Of a stretch of DNA of 64,000 bases, positions 1 through 9,912 are shown piece after piece. This DNA is from Alphaproteobacteria bacterium. Its GTDB lineage: Bacteria > Pseudomonadota > Alphaproteobacteria > UBA828. A program made the translations under genes and the position numbers. The notes under the pieces were generated by a model. It ran no database searches. It had not been told where the DNA came from and was given only the letters and a program-made list of their open reading frames with translations. The DNA is taken from NCBI GenBank assembly GCA_965214705.1, contig OZ243972.1, forward strand, positions 2,400,001 to 2,464,000. Reading direction: 5' to 3'. How positions within the stretch are numbered: the stretch's first letter is position 1; each line of letters opens with the position of its first letter.

Positions 1-282
1 CAGTTCACTCTCGAGTCCGGCGAGTGGCTGCGGGCGGTGGAAGGAGGCGGAGCCGGTTATGGCGATCCGTTGACGCGGGATGTTGAGCGCGTGCTGCACG
101 ACGTGGCCGAGGGTTGGGAAACGCGCGACCGCGCGCTGAACGCCTACGGCGTCGTTCTTTCGGAGCCGGGCTGTGGCGGCCCGCTTGCTGTCGACGAGAC
201 GGCGACCGAGGCCCGGCGGCAGGCGCTCACTCGGCGCGGATGGTGCGCCGGCGAGACAGAACCGATCCGATCACCATCATGA
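1..282 (+). CDS. Hydantoinase B/oxoprolinase family protein, C-terminal part (runs off window start)
   Basis: Frame +1 is open from base 1; GGGAGYGDPLTRD..V.HDV.EG...A..AYGVV is the typical HyuB C-terminus. Confidence 0.75.
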   Translation, partial: QFTLESGEWLRAVEGGGAGYGDPLTRDVERVLHDVAEGWETRDRALNAYGVVLSEPGCGGPLAVDETATEARRQALTRRGWCAGETEPIRSPS

Positions 283-1129
283 CGAAGGCGGCGAGCATCA
301 GCGCCGCCGCTCCCCACACGTAGGTCGAATGGGTCTCGCCGAAGAAGAGAATGCCCCATCCGATGCCGCCGACCACGCCGATGATGTTCATGACGGAAAA
401 GAGCGAGGCCCCGGCGCGGCGCACGATCACGTAGAACATCGGCCACATGATGGCGTTGATGACGACCGCGGCGACGAGCGAGAGGTCGCCGTCCAGGTCC
501 GGCCCGGGGAAGAGGTAGAGCTGCCCGGTTGCCGGCAAGAAGGGGACAAGAAGCAGCGCGCCAGCGAAGAGGTTGCCGATCGCAAGGCCGAGCGAAGATG
601 ACTCAGGCGGACGGAAGCGCTCGACGAACACGTTGAGTGCGCCGAACCCGAAGGGAATCAACAGCGCGATGACGAACCACACTGCCATGTTGGGTGCAGG
701 CAGGCTTTCCCCCGGAATGACGATTAAAAGGACACCTGCGACGGCTGTCAGCAGGCCCGCCGCACTGATCAGGCGAAAGCGATCGAGCCGGAAAACAACC
801 GCGAGCGCATAGGTGAAGACCGGGGTCAGCGTAAGAAGTAGCACGGTGACGCCGGAGGGCAGCTTGGTCACGACAAAGGCGAGCAGCGCGAAGGGAAAGG
901 CGAAGCCCAGGGCGGCGCTCACGAAATAGAGCCTGATGTGGGGCCAGGTGAGTTGCGGTAGCTCGCGCCGGGCGATTGCCGGTCCCAGAAGAACTAATCC
1001 AGCGCCGAGTGCGTACCAAAACACGTAGGCGAAATTGGGGAAGCCGGCGTCGCCCGCAATCTTGTTGACCGGGATCAGCAGACTGAAATTGATGCCGGCG
1101 ATGAGGATGAGGACGAGAGAAAGTGCCAT
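227..1129 (-). CDS. DMT/EamA family transporter
   Basis: About 10 hydrophobic segments in two EamA-like halves; start taken at MALSLVL just after the lpxB stop. Confidence 0.85.
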   Translation of the reverse strand: MALSLVLILIAGINFSLLIPVNKIAGDAGFPNFAYVFWYALGAGLVLLGPAIARRELPQLTWPHIRLYFVSAALGFAFPFALLAFVVTKLPSGVTVLLLTLTPVFTYALAVVFRLDRFRLISAAGLLTAVAGVLLIVIPGESLPAPNMAVWFVIALLIPFGFGALNVFVERFRPPESSSLGLAIGNLFAGALLLVPFLPATGQLYLFPGPDLDGDLSLVAAVVINAIMWPMFYVIVRRAGASLFSVMNIIGVVGGIGWGILFFGETHSTYVWGAAALMLAAFVMMVIGSVLSRRRTIRAE

Positions 1130-1137
1130 TGCGGGCG

Positions 1138-2328
1138 TCAGGTTGCGGTGTGGCTCTGCCGGTGCCCCGCGCCGGCTTCGATCAGGTTCAGGACGACCTC
1201 GGCGGCACGCTCGCTCGGTGGCGTTCCGCCGCGCCCGAGCCGGGCAGCGATCTCGCGAAAGCTCTCGATCTGCTCGCACCGAAGCTCGGCATCACGCAAT
1301 AGCTCCTCGACCGCGGGAACCAGACGCCGCGGAGAGCATTTGCGCTGCACGAATTCCGGCGCCGCGCGGCGATTGGCGATGATGTTGGGCATCGCGATGT
1401 GATCCACCAGGAGGATGCGCTGTGCGATCGCCGCGGTGAGCGGATTCGCCCGGTAGCAGACGATCATGGGAACGGCCGCGAGCGCGAGCTCCAGCGTCGC
1501 CATGCCGGAGACCGTGAGCGCCGCGTCGCTCGCGGCGAAGGCGGCGTATTTCTCGGCCTTGCCCTCCACCACGGTCACGGGTGCGGCCCATGACGCGGTC
1601 TTGGCGGTTACGACTGCGCGGTTCTGCGGCAGCGTCGGCACGAGGATGTGGAGACCGTCTATGCGCCGGCCGAGAGTGCGCACGGTCTCCGCGAATACCG
1701 GCTCGTGCCGGCGCAGCTCGCTCGCCCGGCTGCCCGGCAGGACGGCAAGCACCGGCTGGTCGGATGCCAAGCCATGTCGCTTGCGGAAGTCCGGCCCGTC
1801 GGCGCTCTCGATGGGCTCCTGGACCAGCGGATGGCCGACGAAGCTGGCATCCAGGCCCACGGCCTCAAAATAGGACGGCTCAAACGGGAACAGGCAGAGC
1901 ACGTGGTCGAGATAACGCGCGATCTCGGCCGCGCGCCCCGGCCGATAGGCCCAAACGGTTGGCGCCACGTAGTGGATCAGGGGAAAACCTGCCCCCTTCA
2001 GCTTTGGCGCGACCCGGAGCGAAAATCCCGGCACGTCGACCGAGACAAAGGCCGCCGGCCGCAACCGGCGGGCCGTGCGCGCCGTGGCCCGAATGCGCCC
2101 GAGAATCCGTGGCACGTGGGGGACGATTTCTAGAAGTCCCATCAACGACAGCTCGGAGTAGGGAAACAGGCTCTCCAGCCCCTGCTCGGCCATGAGAGGG
2201 CCGCCGATGCCGGCGAAACGGACTCGATCGCCCGTGTGCCGCCTGAGCGCTTCCATCAGGCGGGAAGCGATGAGGTCGCCGGACGGCTCGCCCGCGATCA
2301 GGAAGATCAGCGGCGCGTCGCGCTCCAT
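1138..2328 (-). CDS. lpxB: Lipid-A-disaccharide synthase
   Basis: IAGEPSGD, HYVAPTVWAYRPGR, FVGHP and LPGSR motifs; last gene of the lpx operon. Confidence 0.97.
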   Translation of the reverse strand: MERDAPLIFLIAGEPSGDLIASRLMEALRRHTGDRVRFAGIGGPLMAEQGLESLFPYSELSLMGLLEIVPHVPRILGRIRATARTARRLRPAAFVSVDVPGFSLRVAPKLKGAGFPLIHYVAPTVWAYRPGRAAEIARYLDHVLCLFPFEPSYFEAVGLDASFVGHPLVQEPIESADGPDFRKRHGLASDQPVLAVLPGSRASELRRHEPVFAETVRTLGRRIDGLHILVPTLPQNRAVVTAKTASWAAPVTVVEGKAEKYAAFAASDAALTVSGMATLELALAAVPMIVCYRANPLTAAIAQRILLVDHIAMPNIIANRRAAPEFVQRKCSPRRLVPAVEELLRDAELRCEQIESFREIAARLGRGGTPPSERAAEVVLNLIEAGAGHRQSHTAT

Positions 2329-2336
2329 TCCGCCCG

Positions 2337-3158
2337 TCAGCTCACGCCGACCAAGAACACGCCATGCTCGTCGGCGCGCGCGACCGCCCGATCGCGCTCC
2401 AGGATCAGCGTCTCGCCGGCTTCGACCGCGACCCCCCTGAAACCGGCTTCGGCAAGCCTCTCGATCGTGTCCGCTCCGATCGTCGGCAGGTCGGCCCGAC
2501 GCTCCTGACCGGGCTTTTTCATCTTGACCAGCACGGCGCCGGGCCCCGCCTCCTGCAGCGCAGCGCAGCGTTCGATCAGCCCGTCCGTCCCTTCGACGCC
2601 TTCGACGCCGAGGACGCGGCCCGCCTGTACGACCACGGCCTGCCCGATGTCCTGCGCGCCGAGGGCGCGCGCAGCCTCGATGCCGACGGCGATGTCGCGT
2701 TCGGCGTCTTCGTCGGGAGCACGCTGGCCAATCACGCTGGCGGGCGCGCAGAGCGTTGCAATCAGGTCGTCGGCGCCGACGACGGTGAAGCCCTCGTCTT
2801 CAAGCTCGGCAATCACGAGGGAGAGGAGCGCATCGTCGCCCTTGGTCTTTGCGCGCGCGATACGCCCCATGAGGCGCATGCCGCGCAGGTCGACCTTGAG
2901 AGAGGAGAGGGAGGGCCGGCGGATCGAGCCGGCAAGCACAACCTCGCGGCAACTCGCTTGCCTCAGCGACTTGAGCAAGGCGCCGACCGCACCGAGCCCG
3001 AGCCAACGGTGGGGGACGCCAACGCACGTCTCCGGGTCCGTCTCGCCCTCGAAGGCAATGACCAGGACTTCGCGGCCTTCGCCCCTGCACGCCCGCGCGA
3101 TGAGGCTCGGCAGCGGCCCGCCGCCGGCAATAATTCCTAGGCTACTCGCCGCCATCAT
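2337..3158 (-). CDS. lpxI: UDP-2,3-diacylglucosamine diphosphatase LpxI
   Basis: LGIIAGGG, DIGQAVVV, EGTDGL and DLPTIG motifs; sits between lpxA and lpxB. Confidence 0.93.
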   Translation of the reverse strand: MMAASSLGIIAGGGPLPSLIARACRGEGREVLVIAFEGETDPETCVGVPHRWLGLGAVGALLKSLRQASCREVVLAGSIRRPSLSSLKVDLRGMRLMGRIARAKTKGDDALLSLVIAELEDEGFTVVGADDLIATLCAPASVIGQRAPDEDAERDIAVGIEAARALGAQDIGQAVVVQAGRVLGVEGVEGTDGLIERCAALQEAGPGAVLVKMKKPGQERRADLPTIGADTIERLAEAGFRGVAVEAGETLILERDRAVARADEHGVFLVGVS

Positions 3159-3942
3159 CCCGTGGCTGGCAAATCGAGCGTTCGCGGTCGACCCGCATGA
3201 AGTCGACGATATCCATGACCGGCTCGTTGTCCTGGAACAGCTCGGTGACGTCCGCGAGACGCTCGGTCATGGTCCCTTCCTGCGCGAAGAGCAGCCGGAA
3301 AGCCCGCCTGAGATCGTGGACGATGTCGCGGCTGAAGCCACGGCGCTTGAGCCCGACCAGGTTGAGCCCGGTCAGGCGCGCGCGGTCGCCCATGGCCGAG
3401 CCATAAGGAATGATGTCGTGCTCGACCCCGGACATGCCGCCGACGATCGCGTGGCGCCCGATGCGGACGAATTGATGAATACCCGCGAGGCCACCGATAA
3501 TGGCCCAGTCGTCCACCGCTACGTGGCCGCCCAGCGTCGCGTTGTTGGCCATGACGACGTGGTCGCCGACGATGCAGTCGTGAGCGACATGGGTCGCGAT
3601 CATGAACAGGCAGTTGTCGCCGACGCGTGTCAGCATGCGGCCGTGGGGCGTGCCCGGATTCATGGTCACGTGCTCGCGGATGACATTGTCGTGGCCGATC
3701 TCGAGACGCGAGGGCTCACCTCGGTACTTGGTATCCTGTGGCGGGTGGCCGATGGAAGCGAAGGGATAGATGCTGGTGCGTGGGCCGACCGTCGTGCGCC
3801 CGGTGACGATCGCGTGAGAGACCAGCCGCACCTCGTCGCCGAGGACGACGTTGGGCCCTACGATGCAGTAGGGGCCGATGCTGACGCCGTCGCCGAGTTC
3901 CGCGCCCGGCTCTATAATGGCTGTCGGGTGGATGTCCGCCAC
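3142..3942 (-). CDS. lpxA: Acyl-ACP--UDP-GlcNAc O-acyltransferase
   Basis: IHPTAIIE start, hexapeptide repeats, HVAHDC, IHQFVRIG. Confidence 0.97.
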   Translation of the reverse strand: MADIHPTAIIEPGAELGDGVSIGPYCIVGPNVVLGDEVRLVSHAIVTGRTTVGPRTSIYPFASIGHPPQDTKYRGEPSRLEIGHDNVIREHVTMNPGTPHGRMLTRVGDNCLFMIATHVAHDCIVGDHVVMANNATLGGHVAVDDWAIIGGLAGIHQFVRIGRHAIVGGMSGVEHDIIPYGSAMGDRARLTGLNLVGLKRRGFSRDIVHDLRRAFRLLFAQEGTMTERLADVTELFQDNEPVMDIVDFMRVDRERSICQPRDDGGE

Positions 3943-3943
3943 G

Positions 3944-4414
3944 TCAGGTGTCTTCCAGGATCATCGCCGAATATGTGGCCTCCGCCACCGCCTCGCCCTC
4001 AACTTCGGCTCTGGCCTCGAACTTCCACACGTTCCGGCGGCGGTGCTTCTTGGTGACGTGAATGAAGAGCTGATCGCCCGGCACCACGGGCCGGCGGAAA
4101 CGGCAGTTCTCGACCGACATGAAGTACACGAGCTTGCCGGCCATGGCAGGGCCGAGGGTTGCGACCACCAGCACGGCCGCGCTTTGCGCCATCGATTCGA
4201 TGATCAGCACGCCCGGCATGACCGGCATACGCGGAAAGTGCCCGTGGAAGTACGATTCGTTGATCGACACGTTCTTGATGCCGATTGCGCTCACGTCGGG
4301 GATCACGTCGACCATGCGATCGATCATGAGGAACGGGTATCGGTGGGGGATCGCTTGGAGGATATCCTCGATGTCCATGCGTTCCACTGTTGGCATGGGT
4401 GCCGTTTCGTTCAT
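3944..4414 (-). CDS. fabZ: 3-hydroxyacyl-ACP dehydratase
   Basis: PHRYPFL, FHGHFP and [12 protein letters not shown] motifs; ATGA overlap with the lpxD stop. Confidence 0.96.
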   Translation of the reverse strand: MNETAPMPTVERMDIEDILQAIPHRYPFLMIDRMVDVIPDVSAIGIKNVSINESYFHGHFPRMPVMPGVLIIESMAQSAAVLVVATLGPAMAGKLVYFMSVENCRFRRPVVPGDQLFIHVTKKHRRRNVWKFEARAEVEGEAVAEATYSAMILEDT

Positions 4415-5439
4415 TCCGGGGCCACCTTGCCTGTTGCCAGCCGCGCCAGATGCGCGCTTTGGCGGTGCCATTGTCGGATCGGCACGGCGGGCGTGCCGCC
4501 GTAGGTCCCGCCCGGCTCGATATCGCGGGTCACGCCCGTCTGGCCTGCGAGCCGGACGCCGTCGCCGATCGTGCGGTGATCCGCAACGCCCACTTGGCCC
4601 GCGATCTGAACGAATTCACCGACCCTCGCGCTGCCGGCGAGCGCGCTTTGGGCCGCAATCACGCTGCCCCGCCCGACGCGGACGTTGTGGGCGATTTGCA
4701 CCAGATTGTCGATCCGGCATCCTTGGGCGATCACCGTGTCCGGGCCGGATCCGCGGTCGATGGTGGTGTTGGCACCGATTTCGACGTCGTCCTCGATCAG
4801 GACACGGCCGAGCTGCGGTATCTTCACGTGGCCGCCCCGATCGATCGCGAAGCCGAATCCCTCCTGGCCGATGCGGACGCCGGGGAAGATCGCCACCCGG
4901 GCGCCGATCAAACAGTGGCTGAGAGAGGCGCCAGCGCCGATCCTCGTGTCATCACCGATCTCGACAGCGGGACCCACGGTGACGTTGGCTCCGATGAGGC
5001 AGCGGGCTCCGATACGCGCACCGGCGCTGATGACGGCACCCGCCTCAACCCGGCATCCGGTGCAGAGAACCGCCGCGGGATCGATCACCGCCGCAGGGTG
5101 CACCCCCGGCTCTGGAACTGGAATCGGATGAAACAGCTGGGCGGCCAGCGCGAAGGACTTGTAGGGGTTATCGCTGGTCAGGACCGCCACGTCCGCGGGA
5201 GCGTGGTCAGCCAGCGAAGCGGGCGCGATGCAAGCGCCGGCGCGGCAGGCGGCGAATGCGTCGACATATTTTGAATTGACGAGGAAGCTCAGGTGCTGCG
5301 ATGTGGCGTGGCTGAGGGGTGCCACGTCGGAGAGCCGCCTTGCTGGGTCAGCGCCCGCCGCGAGCTCTGCCTCTGCAGCTTCGGCGATTTCGGCCAGCGT
5401 GAACGGTCCCGCCACGGCGTAAAAGCGTGGATCGGGCAT
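4411..5439 (-). CDS. lpxD: UDP-3-O-acylglucosamine N-acyltransferase
   Basis: [28 protein letters not shown]. Confidence 0.97.
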   Translation of the reverse strand: MPDPRFYAVAGPFTLAEIAEAAEAELAAGADPARRLSDVAPLSHATSQHLSFLVNSKYVDAFAACRAGACIAPASLADHAPADVAVLTSDNPYKSFALAAQLFHPIPVPEPGVHPAAVIDPAAVLCTGCRVEAGAVISAGARIGARCLIGANVTVGPAVEIGDDTRIGAGASLSHCLIGARVAIFPGVRIGQEGFGFAIDRGGHVKIPQLGRVLIEDDVEIGANTTIDRGSGPDTVIAQGCRIDNLVQIAHNVRVGRGSVIAAQSALAGSARVGEFVQIAGQVGVADHRTIGDGVRLAGQTGVTRDIEPGGTYGGTPAVPIRQWHRQSAHLARLATGKVAPE

Positions 5440-5999
5440 CAGTTCTCGTCGAACGTCAGCGCAATCTCGGGATACGCCTCGTTCAACCGTTCGATTATCA
5501 AGTCGGTCAGATTGAACTCGGCGACGGCAAAAATCGCCTCGTGAACCGGCAGCACGATTTCAATTCCCTGCTCGGTCGCGATCTCTTCGACAACAATACC
5601 CAGGACTTCGCGAAAACGAATTTCGCCATTAGCCACGGCGCGCTGTAGGATTTCGCCACGCGCTTTCGCCCTCTGGTCGGCTGCCGCGACTTCGGCGTTG
5701 AAGGTGCGCTGGCGCTCCTCCAGCACCGCGGGCGTTAGCAGCGTCGCCTGCTGTTGGAGCTCGTCGCGCACGCCACGCAGCCGCACCGACTCTCGCTGCG
5801 TATCTTCGGCATAAGTCTTGCGCTGCGCCTCGCCCTGGGTCCGGATCGAGTGAATCGCCGTCGCTTCGCCGAGAATCCGTGCCATCTCGATAACCGCGAC
5901 ACGCGTCCCATGCTCGTCTGCCCACGCTCTCGTATTACCGCCCACCCCGCAGGCAACGGCCAGCGCGAAGACAAGCCAGATCCGGCTCAATCCCTGCAT
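5439..5999 (-). CDS. skp: OmpH/Skp periplasmic chaperone
   Basis: Signal peptide, coiled-coil body, [12 protein letters not shown]-terminus; between bamA and lpxD. Confidence 0.85.
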   Translation of the reverse strand: MQGLSRIWLVFALAVACGVGGNTRAWADEHGTRVAVIEMARILGEATAIHSIRTQGEAQRKTYAEDTQRESVRLRGVRDELQQQATLLTPAVLEERQRTFNAEVAAADQRAKARGEILQRAVANGEIRFREVLGIVVEEIATEQGIEIVLPVHEAIFAVAEFNLTDLIIERLNEAYPEIALTFDEN

Positions 6000-6001
6000 T
6001 T

Positions 6002-8317
6002 CTAGAACCTCGTTCCGAAACTGAAGCGGAAGTTCTCGGTCCGGTCGAAGTCTTCTTTGATGAGGGCTCGTGAGAAGTCCAACCGAATTGGGCCGATCGG
6101 TGAACGGAATTTTAGCCCCACACCAACCGAAAGCCGCGGCGAGGCCTCGTCCAGGAGTTCCGGTCCAGAAACGTCGATCTCGGTGAGACTGCCGATATCG
6201 GTGAAGGTCGCGCCCCGCAGGTCGAGCTCTTCGGCCAGCCCCAGCGGGAAACTCAGCTCGCCCGTCACCGAATAGAAGAGATTGCCGCCGAGCGAATCGT
6301 CGGTCTCGGCATCGCGCGGGCCCACGCCACTAGGCTCGAAGCCCCGCAGACTTCGGCCACCGAGGAAGAACCGGTCGACAATACCCACGTCGTCGTCGAG
6401 GCCGGCGATATAGCCGCTACGAAGCAACCCGCTCAGGATCCATCCATCGGCTATCGAAAAGTAGTGGCCGTAGCGAAGGGTATGCTTGATGTATCGGTTG
6501 TCGCCGCCAAGCCCGGCGAGCTCTTGCCCGAAGCGGACAACATACCCTTCGGTCGGGTCGATGATGCTGTCGCGCAGATCGTAAGTCAGCCGGTGCGAGA
6601 TGGCCGAGGTCGTCGTCTCGCCTTCCTGCTCACGGATAAATCGCGACGTGGTCGGCGAGACATCGCTGACTTCATCGTTCTTGAACGTGTAGGCGACAGA
6701 ATGCCGCAACCGCTCGGACAATGGATAGCCTAAGCGCAACGAGAGACCGACGGTTTCGCGATCGAAAGAGCTCTCGTCTTGTAGATCGGCAGTCCGACGA
6801 AAAACGTCGAATCCCGCCGCGACGTCCCGGTCCATGAAATAGGGCTCGGTGAAACTCAGGTCGATCTCCTGGCGGCTATCCGAGGCCGTGAGCCCGAGCC
6901 TGAGGTCCTGTCCTCGGCCGAGAAGATTGCGCTCACGGATGGCAATGTCGCCGAGCACGCCTTCAGCCGATGAGACGCCGGCGCCAAAGCTGATCTCGCC
7001 CGTGGGGACCTCGCTGACCTCTACCGTGAGGATCGAGCGGTCCGGCGCCGAGCCCTCGCTGGTGCTGATGTCGACCTTGTCGAAGAAGCCGAGGTTCATG
7101 ATGCGCTGTCGCGAGCGGCGGATCAGGGCCGAGCTGAAGGCATCGCCTTCCACCAACCGGAACTCGCGGCGGATCACCTCGTCGAGGGTGCGGACGTTGC
7201 CCACGATGTCGATACGCTCGACATAGACCCGCGGGCCCTCGTCGATCTCGAAGGTGACGTCGACGGTTGTCGCCTCCCGGTCTCGCTCGATGCGGGGCTG
7301 GACGTCGACGAACGCGTAACCGCGGCTGCCGACGACCTCGGTGAGCGCGACCAGCGTCTCCTCGACTTGCTCCGCGTCATACCAATCACCCGTTTCGATC
7401 TCGACGATGGGGAATAGCTCATCCGGCGCCAGATCCCGCAGCTGGCTTTCGATATCGATGGCGGCCACTTGATAGCGATCTCCTTCCTCCAACGAGAAGG
7501 TGACGATGAAATCGCTGCGGTCGGGCGTGAGCTCGGCGACCGCTGAGACGACGCGAAAGTCGACGTAGCCGTTGGCGAGATAAAACCGGCGGAGCAGTTC
7601 TCGGTCGAAGGTCAGCCGGTCGGGATCGTAGTTATCGGCGGTCGTGGCGAAGCGATACCACGCGCTTTCTCGGGTCTGGATGACGTCTCTGAGAGCGCTG
7701 TCGCTGAAGTGGGCGTTGCCGATGAAGTTGATCCGCCGGATTCCTGTAACCGGGCCTTCATTCACTTCGAAGACGAGGTCGACCCGGTTTTGCGGGAGCT
7801 GGATGACCTTGGGCTCGATGGTGGCGGCGAAGCGACCGCTACGCCGGTAGATATCGGTCAACCGCTGCAGGTCCGACTGCACCCGCGGCCGAGTGTAGAC
7901 CACCCTCGGTTGGAGCTGAATCTCCGACTCCAGATCGTCGTCCTCGATCGCGTCGTTACCTTCGAAGAGCACGCGATTGATGATCGGGTTCTCGACCACG
8001 CTGACGATGAGGGCGTCTCCCTCCCGCCGGATAGCCACATCGGCGAACAGGCCGCTTTCGAAAAGACTCTTGAGGGACTCGTTGAGCGCGTCGGCATCGA
8101 ACGCATCGCCAGGGCCCACCGCCATGTAGGACCGCACAGTGTCCGCTTCGATACGCTCGTTGCCCTCGACGAGCACGGATTCGATCAACCATTCCTGCGC
8201 CGTGGCAGCACCCATCCACAGGCCGAGGATGACCGCTGCCAGCCAGACGACGTGTCGCGTCCGGCCCCTTGCACCCGCCGCTGTCGCTCCGCGCATCTGC
8301 TTCGCTCGCTGGGTCAT
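6002..8317 (-). CDS. bamA: Outer membrane protein assembly factor BamA
   Basis: POTRA repeats (VEGNERIE...), LRGF motif, C-terminal FSFGTRF; start at ATGA overlap with rseP. Confidence 0.96.
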   Translation of the reverse strand: MTQRAKQMRGATAAGARGRTRHVVWLAAVILGLWMGAATAQEWLIESVLVEGNERIEADTVRSYMAVGPGDAFDADALNESLKSLFESGLFADVAIRREGDALIVSVVENPIINRVLFEGNDAIEDDDLESEIQLQPRVVYTRPRVQSDLQRLTDIYRRSGRFAATIEPKVIQLPQNRVDLVFEVNEGPVTGIRRINFIGNAHFSDSALRDVIQTRESAWYRFATTADNYDPDRLTFDRELLRRFYLANGYVDFRVVSAVAELTPDRSDFIVTFSLEEGDRYQVAAIDIESQLRDLAPDELFPIVEIETGDWYDAEQVEETLVALTEVVGSRGYAFVDVQPRIERDREATTVDVTFEIDEGPRVYVERIDIVGNVRTLDEVIRREFRLVEGDAFSSALIRRSRQRIMNLGFFDKVDISTSEGSAPDRSILTVEVSEVPTGEISFGAGVSSAEGVLGDIAIRERNLLGRGQDLRLGLTASDSRQEIDLSFTEPYFMDRDVAAGFDVFRRTADLQDESSFDRETVGLSLRLGYPLSERLRHSVAYTFKNDEVSDVSPTTSRFIREQEGETTTSAISHRLTYDLRDSIIDPTEGYVVRFGQELAGLGGDNRYIKHTLRYGHYFSIADGWILSGLLRSGYIAGLDDDVGIVDRFFLGGRSLRGFEPSGVGPRDAETDDSLGGNLFYSVTGELSFPLGLAEELDLRGATFTDIGSLTEIDVSGPELLDEASPRLSVGVGLKFRSPIGPIRLDFSRALIKEDFDRTENFRFSFGTRF

Positions 8318-9660
8318 GAGGTCAGGCCGATGATGTCCTTCGTCGTCACCCATACCATCAATGCGATAACGAGCGTTAGCCCCACCGTCGCGCCGATCTG
8401 CTGAAGCCGTGCGTTCAGCGGGCGCCGGAACAGGGCTTCGATGCCGTTGTATAGCAGGTGGCCGCCGTCGAGCGGCGGGATCGGAAACAGATTGATCAGG
8501 CCGAGGGCGATGGAAATCAACGCTGCGAACTCGATGAACCCAGAGACGCCGCGCTCGAGCACGCTCCGCGACATGACGGCGATGCCGACGGGACCGCTCA
8601 ATTGCTCGGTGGAGCGGGTGCCGGCGATCATCTGCCCGATTGCACGCAAGTTGGCGGCGGCGAGCGCATACGTGTGTTCGACCCCTGCCCAAATTGACTC
8701 ACCGACTCCAAGATTGCGGAACGCCGTCTGCTGCTCGGGGTAGACACCGATCCGCCCCGTCCCGTTCGCGTCGTCCGGGGTGACGGTCAGCGTCTCCTCG
8801 CCGCCGCTCCGTTCGACGACGAAAGTGAGCGGCACGCCCGCGTTCCGCTCCGCGATGGTGCGAAGGTGGTCGAAGCTCTCGATCGCCACATCGCCGATAC
8901 GGACGATGCTGTCGCCGGCCTGGAGGCCGCCCCGCTCAGCCGGGCTGCCCGCCACCACCTGCGAGACAGAAGCTGGTGTGAACGGCCGGACCCCGATATC
9001 GCCCAGTTGCTGCGGCCGGTCGAAGGCGTCCAGAACCTCGATGATCTCCGGCTTGACCGTGAATTCGAGCAACTCACCGCTTCGTTCGACTGCGAGCGTG
9101 AGCGGCTCGCCCACGCTCTGGAGGAGGGTGAAGTCCAGCTCCTCGAAGCGTTCGACGCGACTGCCGTTGAGCTCGACCAGTCTGTCGCCCGGCTGGAGCC
9201 CGGCAACGGCGGCAGGGCTGCCCGCGCGCACGGTGCCGATCTCCACCGGCGTGTAGCGCTGGCCGACCACAATGAAGAAGACGGCGAAGATCGCCGCTGC
9301 GAGCAGGAGGTTGGCGAACGGACCCGCGAACGCGATGGCCGAGCGTTTCCCCACCGACTTGGCGAAGAACGAATCGGGCGGGGGCGGCGCGTCGTCATCC
9401 TTGGCCGACGTGCTGGTGACATCGGCGTCGCCGTGGAACTTCACATAGCCGCCGAGCGGCAGCGCACACAGCTTCCAGCGTGTCCCGTGGCGGTCGTCGA
9501 TGCCGACGAGCTCCGGCCCGAAGCCGACAGCGAACACCTCCACGCGCACGCCGTTGATCCTGGCCACGAGGTAATGGCCAAGCTCGTGGAAGAACACCAC
9601 GGGCGTGATCACCGCGAGAAACGGCCAAATATAGTTTAGTTTGTCGACAAGCAGGTCCAT
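8314..9660 (-). CDS. rseP: RIP metalloprotease RseP, two PDZ domains
   Basis: HELGH, LGGYVKF, NLFPIPPLDGG; two GSPA...GLQ.GD PDZ repeats. Confidence 0.95.
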   Translation of the reverse strand: MDLLVDKLNYIWPFLAVITPVVFFHELGHYLVARINGVRVEVFAVGFGPELVGIDDRHGTRWKLCALPLGGYVKFHGDADVTSTSAKDDDAPPPPDSFFAKSVGKRSAIAFAGPFANLLLAAAIFAVFFIVVGQRYTPVEIGTVRAGSPAAVAGLQPGDRLVELNGSRVERFEELDFTLLQSVGEPLTLAVERSGELLEFTVKPEIIEVLDAFDRPQQLGDIGVRPFTPASVSQVVAGSPAERGGLQAGDSIVRIGDVAIESFDHLRTIAERNAGVPLTFVVERSGGEETLTVTPDDANGTGRIGVYPEQQTAFRNLGVGESIWAGVEHTYALAAANLRAIGQMIAGTRSTEQLSGPVGIAVMSRSVLERGVSGFIEFAALISIALGLINLFPIPPLDGGHLLYNGIEALFRRPLNARLQQIGATVGLTLVIALMVWVTTKDIIGLTS

Positions 9661-9912
9661 GGTGGCGAACAAGTGGCTATGATCGGACGTCGGCGCAAGG
9701 CCAAGCTACGCCGGGCGATCGGTTTGGCGGGGCGATCGCGGCGGCGCCCGGGATTATACATGACCGCGCCGCCCGCGCCCCGCAATTCCCTGTGAGCTTG
9801 CGGGCGTCCGGCAATAGGGGGCAAGTAGCGAGACGATGGGACCCGGCTCGGCGAGCGGTTTGCGTTGCGGCGAGAGACGGCCCAGGGTGGCCGGCTTCCC
9901 GAGCGTGCGGCG

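Noticed and set aside
227-282. 56-bp convergent overlap of the hydantoinase B and DMT genes
   Set aside because: Short tail overlaps are common in GC-rich genomes with sparse stop codons
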